This document shows positions 38,266 through 49,360 of a stretch of 64,000 nt of DNA, piece by piece. The first letter of the stretch is position 1. Each line of letters opens with the position of its first letter. Both the position numbers and the translations under genes were made by a program. The notes beneath the pieces are model-generated. The model was given only the letters and a program-made list of their open reading frames with translations. It had not been told where the DNA came from and made no database searches. Source of the stretch: Octopus vulgaris (lineage: Eukaryota); contig OX597817.1 of assembly GCA_951406725.2 (NCBI GenBank), positions 61,628,001 to 61,692,000 of the forward strand, written 5' to 3'.

Positions 38266-38349
38266 CAGTCAACTCACACATGAAACATTTTCAGGACTTG
38301 AACATGGAACTATCAAGTGGAATAATTACATATTCACATTGCTTTGAGT

Positions 38350-38509
38350 TCAATCCTGCATTATCTCATGGCTTGGAGATTTCAATGATGTGAGTATTTA
38401 TTTCTGGACTAACATTGTAAGGTATGTACAAGAAGTTGGATCTGGCCAGTTTCAACATTAAACTGATAGACTATTTGGGTCAGATATTGCCAGTTTACTA
38501 AAGGGTTAA
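38350..38509 (-). mobile_element. piggyBac-type MITE fragment (same family as the outer element at 12000-12370)
   Basis: Ends AAAGGGTTAA; reverse complement aligns with 12230-12370 and lacks the nested insertion. Confidence 0.65.
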
Positions 38510-38907
38510 AATATCTACTTTCCCCAGGGGTTCAGTGTCATCTTTCATCACTGATAATAATCTCTCAGATTGGTACAACACGTTCAGTCCCACCACACAG
38601 TCTGAGTTCCTCCCATGCAATTGGCCGCTACATTGAGCAGCAAGTTTTGAACATAGTTGCCTGCATCATCTCAGGTGATGATACTAAATTATTTCAGATC
38701 TTCTTTGAAGGTGGGGCACCATGTTTTCTTGGCACTTCTATAAAATACCAGCAGCATTATCTCGCTAAGAGATGTGCCATAGTTTACTTAAAGAAAATGG
38801 TTTCTATTAGCATTACCGTTATTGTACAATGTGTGCAGATGTATGTAAATATGTTTATTACATAATATAGACATAAATAAACATGTTTATCATGCAATAC
38901 ATTTATA

Positions 38908-39410
38908 TCATCATCATCATCCATTGTCCATGCTGGCATGGGTTGGACGGTTTGACCAGAGGTAGAAAACTGGGGAGTTGCACCAGACTCTAGTCTGTTG
39001 TGGCATGGTTTCTACAGCTGGATGCCCTTCCTGATGCCAAAGGCTTCACAGTGTTGTGCACTGAGTGCTTTTATGTGGCACTGCACAAGCTCTTTTGCAT
39101 GGCACCACCATGAATGCTTTACACAACCAGAGGGACTGATGTTAATGCTTCTGCTGTGGAATAACCGGCCTTCTTGAGAAAAAAGCGAGGTGCCAGTCCT
39201 TGTCTGAAAGGTTCAGCATCCTGAGTTCATCCTTCAGTACTTCATCCCATCTCTTCTTCGGTCTTCCACTTCCATATGTTCCATCTAATTTTGACAAATC
39301 AGCTCTTCTTTATGGAGCTGTCGGCATCCATCTACATCACATGACCAAACCAGTGCAGTCTTCTCTCTTGCACACAACAAGTAATTCTTCTTATACCTAA
39401 TTTCTCTCTC
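38908..39410 (-). mobile_element. Old RTE LINE 3' end
   Basis: Minus strand encodes VQERRLHWFGHV and KKRWDEV (RTE ORF end), followed by the RTE-type 3' UTR and tail. Confidence 0.75.
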
Positions 39411-39434
39411 TCTTCCTCTCATATATATATATAT

Positions 39435-39840
39435 CATCATCATCTTCATTTAACGTCCGCTTTCCATGCTAGCATGGGTTGGACGGTTCAACTGGGGTCT
39501 GGGAAGCCAGAAGACTGCACCAAGCCCAGTCTGATCTGGCAATGCTTCTACAGCTGGATGCCCTTCCTAACGCCAACCACTCCGTGAGTGTAGTGGGTGC
39601 TTTTTACGTGCCAGATGGGGCTGGCAAACGGCCACGGTCGGGTGGTGCTTTTTATGTGCCACTGGCACGGGGGCCAGGCGAGGCTGGCAACGGCCAAGAT
39701 CGGATGGTGCTTTTTACGTGCCACCAGCACAGAGGCCCGTCAGGGCGGCGCTGGCAACGGCCACATTCGGATGGTTCACTTACATGCCACCGGCACTGGT
39801 ATCACAGCTACAATTTCCATTGATGTTGATCGATTTCGAT
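39435..39840 (-). mobile_element. RTE LINE 3' UTR copy, inverted relative to the adjacent long copy
   Basis: Reverse complement of about 42245-42652. Confidence 0.9.
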
Positions 39841-39859
39841 TTATATATATATATATATA

Positions 39860-42128
39860 TCAGGGCCAAATGGCTGCCCAGAAGAAGACCAGCTCGGAAG
39901 AGAAGGGTCTGGAAACTTAAAGATCCTGCAAATGGACGGAGATTTAGAGACGTCCTACTCGAAGCTTTCGACGAAATAGAAGGGGATATAGCATCACATA
40001 ATGTGGAAGCCAACTGGAGGTTTCTACGGGACAATCTGCTGAGAGCCACTGACCAGATCTATGGATGGAGCAAAGTCCCATCTCGACCCAGGGTAACGTG
40101 GTGGTGGAACAATGTTGTAGACAGGGCTATTAGAGACAAGAGACAGGCTTGAAAGGATTGGAAGAATGGCGGTAGTAGGGAATTGTATCAGACTGTGAAA
40201 AGGGAAGCTAGGAGACAGGTTTACTTAGCCAGAGGGGAAGCTGATAAGAAAAAATTTGCCAATGTTCTGCGCCGTGAAGACCTAAGACTTGAAGTATTTC
40301 GTGCTGCAAGACAGTGTGTGAGGGAGAATCGTGATGTGGTAGGAGAGAAATGTGTTCGCATGGATGATGGTTCACTTGCGCTAAATGAGGATGCAGAGAG
40401 AGGTTTGGAGATGCCACTATGAAAGGTTGCTCAACAAAAAAAATGAATGGGAGAAAGAGAGTCTGCCGAATGTCGACCCAACTGAGGGACCAGCTATCCG
40501 AGTTGGTAGTTAAGGCAATTAGAAGCATGAAGACAGGGAAAGCCCCAGGCCCATCAGGAATTACTGCAGAGATGCTCAAAATATCTGGCAGTATAGTCTA
40601 GTCACCCGTATAGTTAACCAGGTGATACATGAAGGAGTCATACCCAATGACTGGTGTAGTAGCATAATAGTCAACTGCTACAATGGTAAAGGTGACGCCC
40701 TAGATACAAGTAATTACAGAGGTATCAAGCTGTTGGATCAGGTAATGAAGGTTACGGAAAGGGTCATAGCCCAACTGATTAGGGAGAGAGTCAACCTGGA
40801 CGAGATGCAGTTCGGTTTCATGCCAGGGAAAATCACCACCGATGCCATATTTCTGGTGAGACAGCTGCAGGAGAAATACCTAGCCAAAGATAAACCTCTG
40901 TACCTGGCTTTCGTTGATTGGAGAAAGCCTTTGACAGGGTCACCTGATCCCTTATCTGGTGGTCAATGAGGAAACTAGGGATAGATGAATGGTTAGTGAG
41001 AGCTGTGCGAGCCATGTACAGGGACGCTGTTAGTAAGGTGAGGGTTGGCAACGAGTACAGTGAAGAATTCCAGGTAGAGGTTGGGGTCCACCAAGGCTCA
41101 GTCCTCAGCCCCCTCCTATTTATCATAGTCCTCCAAGCAATAACGGAGGAATTCAAGACAGGATGCCCCTGGGAGCTCCTCTATGCTGATGACCTTGCTC
41201 TAATTACTGAGTCACTATCAGAACTGGAGGAGAAGTTTCTGACATGGAAGCAAGGATTAGAATCGAAGGGCCTTAGAGCTAAAACCAAAGTCCTAATAAG
41301 CAGGAAGGTAGACAAATCACAAACGCCTTCAGGTAGATGGCCCTGCTCGATCTGTAGAAAAGGCGTAGGTAGGAACTCTATAAGATGCACCAAGTGTAAG
41401 CTATGGACACATAAGAGGTGCAGCAATGTAAAAGGAAGGCTAACTAGGAAGATAGTTTTTGTATGTGGCAGATGCTCTGGTGCAATAAACACTGAAAATG
41501 TGCAGAGACCATCTTCCTCCACATTCCAGGGAGAAAAACTAGAAATAGTTGATAGTTTCCGTTACCTAGGTGATCAAGTCAGTAGCAGGGGTGGGTGTGC
41601 TGAAAGTGTAACTGCTAGAGTACGAACAGCCTGGGCAAAGCTCAGAGAGCTCTTACCTTTGCTGGTTACAAAAGGCCTCTCGCTCAGAGTAAAAGGCAGA
41701 CTGTATGACACATGTATACGAACAGCCATGCTACGTGGCAGTGAAACATGGGCCGTGACTGCTGAGGATATGCGTAAGCTTGCAAGAAATGAAGCCAGTA
41801 TGCTCCAATGGATGTGTAATGTCAGTGTTCATACCCGACAGAATGTAAGTGCCTTGAGAGAAAAGTTGGACCTAGAAGCATCAGATGTGGTGTGCAAGAG
41901 AGACGTCTACGCTGGTATGGACACGTGGTAAGAATGGATGAAGATAGTTGTGTGAAAAAGTGCCACACCCTAGCGGTTGAGGGAACCTGTGGAAGAGGCA
42001 GACCCAGGAAAACCTGGGACGAGGTGGTGAAGCACAACCATCGCTCTTTAGATCTCACCGAGGAAATGACCAGAGACCGAGACCTTTGGAAGTATGCTGT
42101 GCGTGAGGAGACCCGGCAGGACAAGTGA
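39860..42128 (+). pseudogene. RTE reverse transcriptase ORF, frameshifted, with a C4HC3 zinc finger after the RT
   Basis: Pieces in ORFs 39718..40152, 40183..40422, 40419..40601, 40622..40969, 40966..41931 and 41892..42128; YADD at 41182-41193. Confidence 0.92.
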
Positions 42129-42652
42129 GGCCATAACCCATGGTCTCTACCTGGGACGTAGTCAATCCACCTGTGCATACCTTCCTTCTTGGGACACATA
42201 ACTCTACTTGTGAAGACCTGTTGAGGCAAGTGAAAATCAAAATTAACATCGATCAACATCAATGGAATTTGTAGTAGTGATACCAGTGCCGGTGGCATGT
42301 AAGAGAACCATCCGTAGCCAGCACCGCATTGACTGGCCTCCATGCCGGTGGCATGTAACAAACACCATCCAATCATGGTCGTTGCCAGCCTCGCCTGGCC
42401 TCCGTTCCGGTGGCACATAAAAAGCACCATCCGATCGTGGCCGTTTGCCAGCCACCCCTGGCACCTGTGCAGGTGGCACGTAAAAAGCACCCACTACACT
42501 CATGGAGTGGTTGGTATTAGGAAGGGCATCCAGTTGTAGAAACACTGCCAGATCTGACTGGCCTGGTGCAGCCTTCGGGCTTCCCAGACCCCAGTTGAAC
42601 TGTCCAACCCATGCTAGCATGGAAACTGGACGTTAAACGATGATGATGATGA
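39860..42652 (+). mobile_element. RTE-clade LINE, 5'-truncated, about 2.8 kb
   Basis: RT motifs GKAPGPSGITAEML, NYRGIKLL, QFGFMPG, GVHQGSVLSPLLF, LLYADDL and FRYLG; C-terminal RRLRWYGHV and GRPRKTW; 3' UTR with (TGA)n tail; begins right after (TA)n. Confidence 0.95.
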
Positions 42653-42699
42653 TATCAAAATTAACAGAATGAGATAAAAATCCAAGGCTGTGAAAGATT

Positions 42700-42775
42700 T
42701 CAGAACATTTACAAAGAGAAGGTTTAGTTGCTTCCGGGATATTTTATATATCCCTTCATCAGAGACGGTGCGAGA
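42700..42775 (-). repeat. Penelope-LTR-like hammerhead remnant
   Basis: Minus strand CTGATGA-A-GGGATAT-ATAAA-ATATCCC-G-GAAG; perfect stem II, but GAAA is mutated and stem I is not evident. Confidence 0.45.
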
Positions 42776-43129
42776 AGATATGAAATAGAGAGTGAAGTGG
42801 AGGAATGAAAACAGATGTGATATATGCAGGGATATTGTATCTGCAGTTCCATTATTTAAGCAGAATGGTATACATAGAAGTTTCCTGTACTTCGTGTGTA
42901 AGTTCCAATAGTATTTAAAATTGGTCATTTTAAGCATAGAGTTTGTAAACCATGTTATTGGAGTACAGCATGTCGTTTCCAAATTTCTGGCACAGTGAAT
43001 TATGTCATGGTGCTGTTTTTCTCACAAACAGTGCCCAACTGACCCTACGAGTCAAACAATGCGCATATATGAAACTTGAAATATAAAATGGCAACAGTTT
43101 ACTCATTGCACCCTGTGTGTATGTGTATG

Positions 43130-43170
<41 letters not shown>

Positions 43171-43174
<4 letters not shown>

Positions 43175-43356
43175 GGAGAATTCACGAAAAAAACAAAAGA
43201 TGAAGACAGGTGGTGTAGAAAACAAACAGATGTATTAGTATAATGCTCAGGAATTGAAAAAACTCTTTTATTTTTCGAGCCTACGCTCTTCCACAGAAAG
43301 GAACACAGAAAGAAATAAGGAGAGAAAAAAATGTGTGTAGTGGCTACTGATCTATC
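43171..43356 (-). repeat. Short interspersed repeat between (TA)n tracts, Penelope-LTR-like
   Basis: Minus strand CTGTGGA-A-GAGC-GTAG-GCTC-GAAA hairpin motif; (TA)n on both sides. Confidence 0.45.
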
Positions 43357-43361
43357 ATATA

Positions 43362-43400
<39 letters not shown>

Positions 43401-43560
43401 TTAATGGTTATTGACAATTTTTTGTTTCGGCGTATCTGGCATTAGAATTTCTCTTCTGCCCTTATCTTGTAAATTATGTATAAATTTGACCTTTAAAGGC
43501 ATTTTTTTATATGCTGGCCATTGATAAAATTTTTTTCCCGAAAAAAATTTTATCCTATAT

Positions 43561-43615
<55 letters not shown>

Positions 43616-44120
43616 CACACACACATACTCTTAACTCATTCCATCCCACAACTGGAAAGTGATGTACATTTAGTTAGTATGAAATTACTGTTGATGTTCA
43701 TGGTGGTGGTGGTGGTGTAGCATAGACATTGCACCTGTAATTGTTGGTGTCTATGGAGTGTCTTGAGTGCAGCCTGTGTTATTTTATCTGTTGTAAAATT
43801 AGTGCTGTGGCAGCAAGCATGAAATTAAGGGTGTCGGGGATGGAGTTAGGGGTGGAATGTCTCAGATTTATTTATTTTAGGTCATTTGAAATTCTATTTC
43901 ACCAAAGTTTTATGTATTTTCTCCACTTTCGCTTGACTCTCTCTCATTGAAGCATTTTTATGAAACAAATGGCCCTCAGTGTTATACCTGGTGCTTATTT
44001 TGTTGGTCTCTTTTGCCAAACCGTTAAGTTACAGGAAAGTAAACAAACTAAAACCAGTTAAGTAATGGGGGACAAAGACACTCACTCATATATACATATA
44101 TGTATTACGTCATCTATCTA

Positions 44121-44502
44121 TTTTACTCTTTTACTTGTTTCAGTCATTTGACTGCAGCCATGCTGGAGCACCGCCTTAGTCGAACAAATCGACCCCGGGA
44201 CTTATTCTTTGTAAGCCCAGTACTTATTCTATCGGTCTCTTTTGCCGAACTGCTAAGTGACGGGGACGTAAACACACCAGCATCAGTTGTCAAGCAATGC
44301 TAGGGGGACAAACACACACACATACATACATATATATATATATATACATATATACGACAGGCTTCTTTCAGTTTCCGTCTACCAAATCCACTCACAAGGC
44401 ATTGGTCGGCCCGGGGCTATAGCAGAAGACACTTGCCGAAGATGCCACGCAGTGGGACTGAACCCGGAACCATGTGGTTGGTTAGCAAGCTACTTACCAC
44501 AC
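44121..44502 (-). mobile_element. Head-1 SINE with CR1-like tail (young copy, extreme 5' end missing)
   Basis: Very similar to 2203-2569; head stops at CTTACCACAC, next to an RTE tail. Confidence 0.92.
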
Positions 44503-44507
44503 ATATA

Positions 44508-45430
44508 TCATCATCATTGTTTAATGTCTGTTTTCCATGCTGGCATGGGTTGGATGGTTTGACCGGGGTCTGGGAAGCCAGGAGGCTGCACCAGGCTCCA
44601 GTCTGATCTGGCAGTGTTTCTACAGCTGGATGCCCTTCCTAATGCCAACCACTCCGTGAATGTAGTGGGTGCTTTTTACGTGCCACCAGCACAGGTGCCA
44701 GGGGAGGCTGGCAGCGGCCACAATTGGTTGGTGCTTTTTATGTGCCACTGGCACAGGTATCACAACTACAATTTCCATTTAATTTTTATTTTGATGTTGA
44801 TGTACTTGACTCAATAGGTCTCCTCAAGCACAGCGGGTTGCCCTACGATCCAAGGTAAGCACAGCAGGCCGTCCTGCGAGCCATGAACTCATTTAATTTG
44901 TCGGGTCTTTGCAGTCACAGCATATCTCCAGAGGTCTCAGTCTTTCGTCATTGCCTCTGTGAGGCCCAATGTTCGAAGGTCATGTTTGACCACCTCATCC
45001 CATGTCTTCCTGGGTCTACTTCTACCCCGGATTCTTTCAACTGTTTGGGAGTGGCACTTCTTCACACATCTCTCCTCATCCATCCATAGTGCATGACCAT
45101 ACCAATGCAGCGTCTCTCCTGCATGCCACATCCGATGCTTTTTATGTCCAACAGTTCTCTCAGGACGCTTACACTCTGTTGTGCATGGACACTGATATTA
45201 CACATCCAGCGGATCATGCTAGCTTCATTTCTTTTGAGCCTACGCATGTCCTCCACAGTCTCGGCCCATGTTTCACTGCCATGAAGCATGGCAGTTCGCA
45301 CACATGCGTCATACAATCTACCTTTCACTGTGAGCGAGAGACCTTTTGTCACCAGTAGGGGTAGAAGCTTTCTAAACTTTGCCTAGGCTATTCTTATTCT
45401 AGTGGTAACACTATCTGAGCATCCACTGCC
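44508..45430 (-). mobile_element. RTE LINE 3' fragment (second subfamily)
   Basis: ORFs 45062..45352 (KGRLYDACVRTAMLHGSETWA) and 44937..45131 (WYGH, RPRKTWDEVV), plus 3' UTR and (ATC)n. Confidence 0.92.
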
Positions 45431-46448
45431 ACATTACGAAAAAAATTTTTTATATACACACACTGATATACGACCTAAATTGGACCCCTTATTCACTGAA
45501 CCTAGAACCATGTTATTGGTAAGCAAACTACTTACTACAAAGCCATACCTGGGAATAAAATCACATGGGAATGGAATCACAACATAATGTGACTATATAA
45601 TAATGACAAAAAAAATGTTAAAAGCAAAAACAAAAAAAAATGTTAATATTTTTATAGTGGTTACGATTGGAAATATTGAATTTTCTGTATATTATTATAT
45701 AATTATATGTTTTTTGTAATTTACGATTAGTGTATGATTTGAGCAGGGATGATTTGGTTGCTATATCTAGTATGTTAAGCTACCATGTAAAGGCTTGTGC
45801 TTTGCTAGTTTGCAGATCTGGAACCAAATCCAGACTTGTAGACTTAACAGTGTCCATGGAGAATCTTCTCTTTTGCCCCATGTCTTTTTCTTTGATTCAT
45901 TCTGACGTTTATCCTTCATATCTCTGAATATGAACAGATTGGTAGCTTTAATCTTTGTGAACCCTGAGGTGACTTAGTTGAATATATGGTAACTTGAAAC
46001 TGAAGAAATTTCCAGTTATGTCCCAATGTCCCCCTGTGATGTGAGTTAAAACAACAACAAAAAGATTAAGAAAAAGTTTATCAGATTTTTAGAACACAGA
46101 TTGCTGTGAAATCAGTTTCCAGCAGTTGTTGGGGGTGAGGGCCACAGTGAAGAGGATGAAACTAAAGTAAATGGAAGTACAACTGTTTTGCATTAAATGT
46201 TAATAGAGATTAGATTAAATGTTACAGGTGTGAGGTGGGTAGTTGTGGTGGGGTGGGGGACCACTTATGATGTAGGATTACCAGAACACCAACCAGACAG
46301 CCAACCAACAAACCAGCCAGCCAGCCAGCCAATTTGTCATAATCTGATGGGTGGTGCCTCTTGTATCTTCTAATTCAAGTTAATCAATTTGTTTATCATA
46401 GCTGTGTTACAATGACACCATCGCACTGATGTCAGTCTCCCTGTGACT

Positions 46449-46455
46449 TATAAAA
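46449..46455 (+). promoter_or_regulatory. Possible TATA box upstream of the Tyr-rich exon candidate
   Basis: TATAAAA in unique sequence, Inr-like TCACATT about 27 bp downstream and CRE-like TGATGTCA at 46427-46434; such motifs are common by chance in AT-rich DNA. Confidence 0.25.
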
Positions 46456-46897
46456 TACCCATACACCTTCGCTCCTCACATTATCTTGCTTAATCATTTT
46501 TATTCAGGTTTTTTTTTGCCTGCTTTAATTTTTTTTGTTTCTTTCCTCCTTTCTTTTATTTATTTCACAAATTATTCTGTTGAAGTCATTTGACCCGTTT
46601 TGTCTGTGATCTATCATTCAGACTCACTGAAGTTTAGATTTCATTTCATCTTGTTTCTTAAAGTAGGAAATTTATTTTTATAATAGCAGTTATGTAATTA
46701 CAGACCAGCAAGTTTTAATTATCCACCTTACTTAATTGTGTTGCAAATTTTCTGCCCAATTACACTCTTCGTATCCATCACATTTATTTCTATATAGTAG
46801 TGTTTGGTGCCAAATAAAGCTCCACAACACACGCATACACTTACACAACAATCTGAATAGTATTTTTGTTTTTGTTTTTATACATCAACCTATAAGC

Positions 46898-46994
46898 ATG
46901 TATCTAAATAACCCTAACATGAATTATTACTATACCCCATACAATTATTCCTATCCGTATTACCAATCGCCAGTATATTATCAACCTGCCACAG
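46898..46994 (+). CDS. Candidate alternative first coding exon, Tyr/Asn/Pro-rich 32 aa
   Basis: AGCATG start, MYLNNPNMNYYYTPYNYSYPYYQSPVYYQPAT, consensus donor CAG|GTGAGT in phase 1; non-repetitive DNA. Confidence 0.5.
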
Positions 46995-47164
46995 GTGAGT
47001 TATCAATTATTCTGTTTTTTTTCTCTCTCTTACTGTCTTATTCTGTTTCAAAGAGTGGTGAGGTGGGGTTCAGTCAAATTTATTCACTGTCTGTGTAACA
47101 CAATATATTTAAGTAATACAGCGTATGCAGGTACATGCTGCACTATATGTATGTAATACAATAT

Positions 47165-47394
47165 GGCAGCGAGCTGGCAGAAACGTTGGCATGCCGGGCG
47201 AAATGCGTAGCCGTATTTCGTCTGTCGTTACGTTCCGAGTTCAAATTCTGCCAAGGTCGACTTTGCCTTTCATCCTTCCGGGGTCGATAAATTAAGTACC
47301 AGTTACGCACTGGGGTTGATGTAATCGACTTAATCCCTTTGTCTGTCCTTGTTTGTCCCCTCTGTGTTTAGCCCCTTGTGGGTAGTAAAGAAAT
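47165..47394 (+). mobile_element. Head-2 tRNA-derived SINE (Meta-like central domain) with Tx1-like tail, young full-length copy
   Basis: GGCAGCGAGCTGGCAGAAACG head, GAGTTCAAATTC B box, TTTGCCTTTCATCCTTCCGGGGTCGATAAATTAAGTACC central block; TATGTATGTAATACAATATG occurs on both sides, possibly a TSD. Confidence 0.9.
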
Positions 47395-47689
47395 ATATAT
47401 GTATGTAATACAATATGTGCTGGTATATATGATGCAATTTATGTAATACAATGTATGACTCCTGTAATGTAATTGCTTGGTTTTCATGCCCTCCACCACC
47501 ATCACATTCTGCAAGCACCTCCCCATCCTGACAAGATGCTTGCACTGTGGTGTGTGTGTGTGTTGCTCAGCAGTTGTTAGCATACAATCCAAGAAGAAAA
47601 TGGTTTGCTTGACATGACACAAAGGTTCTGATTTATGATATCCAAGTTCAAATCCAGCTGAACAGTTTCAATATTGAATGCAATCACGA

Positions 47690-47880
47690 CTCTTCCCGAA
47701 CGTATGGTTTCAGGTTCAGACCCCTTGTGTGGCACCTTGGGCAAGTGTTTTCTATGGCCACCTTGAGCCAACCAAAACCTTGTGAGTAGATTTGGTAGAT
47801 GGAAACACAAAGAAGCCTGCTGTGTGTGTGTGGGGGGGGGGAGGTTCTGTCTCCTTGTCACAACATAGTGTGATTGCTGC
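47690..47880 (+). mobile_element. Head-1 SINE 5' part
   Basis: GGTTCAGACCCC...GGCACCTTGGGCAAGTG...CCTTGTGAGTAGATTTGGTAGATGGAAAC. Confidence 0.75.
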
Positions 47881-47893
47881 AAGATGAGTATTA

Positions 47894-48085
47894 GCATTTT
47901 TTTTCACCTGACAATTATAAATCACCTTTCACACCTGAATTATTCCATCTCTTTCTGTCTCTTTCTACTTCCTAGTCATGCACCCCCTCCTTCCCATAAC
48001 AGTCAACGAAATAGAATGACAGACAGAAATGGAATAATTCAGGTGTGAAATGTAATTTATAATTGTCAAGTGAAGTAAAAATGGC
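47894..48085. mobile_element. MITE-like element with about 60-bp terminal inverted repeats
   Basis: TTCACCTGACAATTATAAATCACCTTTCACACCTGAATTATTCCAT (47903-) mirrors ATGGAATAATTCAGGTGTGAAATGTAATTTATAATTGTCAAGTGAA (-48074). Confidence 0.7.
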
Positions 48086-49360
48086 ATCTTCACAAATAAA
48101 TACATTTGTTGCTTATAATGGTGATGGTCATGGTAAGTGGTGGTGGTGTAGTAGAAGCACTAGTAGATTTGGTAGTGACTTGTAACTTGTGCACTTTCTC
48201 TGCCAGTCACAGGGAAGAAGGTACAAGCTTGGCTGTGTGGTTAAGAAGTTTGCTTGCCAACCACAAGGTTTCAGGTTCAATTTCATTGCATCACATATAG
48301 GATAAGTAGTTTCTAGTAAAGCCTGGGATTGACCACTCTGGATTTACCTGTGAAGTTTGCTACACAGAAACTGTACTGAAACCTCTGTGTGTGTTTATCT
48401 TCACATTGACCCTGCTTGGGCAGCAGTGACAGGCTTATGACATCCCCCCACACACACACCATGACCATCACCACACAAATAAACAATAGTTTTGCTAGTT
48501 TGATGGTTCAATGGCAAGAAGACATGGAATAAAGTACCTTGCCCCCATCCATCTCTAGCTACCCCCCCCCTTATAACCCCCCCAGCTGTGCCATAAACAA
48601 GGGGGAGAAGACATTATTCATTCACACATCTCTACACACCAACTTCTGCTTTTCCTGGTATTTAGTATCTTTTTTGGGGAAAGCTTTAGTGGTTGTCACA
48701 TTTGGCTGGAGGTGGTGCTGGTGTTCTTGGTGACAATAACACACTGACAGGTTGTCTGTATGGTGGCAGTGGTGAGAGGGTGGGGAAGGCTGAGAAAAGG
48801 AATTATGTTGTTGTGGTGGTGGTGGTGGTGGTAATAAGTAATAATGGTGTTGATGATGATGATGGTAGGTGGTTGCTGTCTGCTGTTGTTGGGAATGGTG
48901 AGTGATCTGTTGTTGATTGAATGGAGATGGGGACAGCGGTGGGGAAAGTGTTTTCCTTTCTTTCTTTTTGGTAATATACCCCACACCCCCACACCACTTC
49001 TGGGTGTCTCCTTGTTAGTGTTGTTGTTGGTGTTGAGGGGTCCTAGCAATTTAAATAATGCTGGTTGGAGTAATGGAAGAGGTTGATTGAAGGTGCAGTT
49101 GCCCTAAAGGTAATGATTATGTTCCCAAACTCATTTACTACACAAGTGGGGCTGGAGTGGGGCTGGTCTAGAAAAAAACAGTAGGATTATCAGTCTATAG
49201 CTGCAACAACACTAGTTTGTTTGTGTGTGTGTGTGTGTTGCTTGAGTATCACACAAACCAACTAATCAGGAGCTTAGTGTACTGGACTGTGATGTAAGGG
49301 GCCAGAGAAGTTTGGTGATACTTTTGGTAGAGTTTGAGTTTGTTTTCATGTCACATATAC

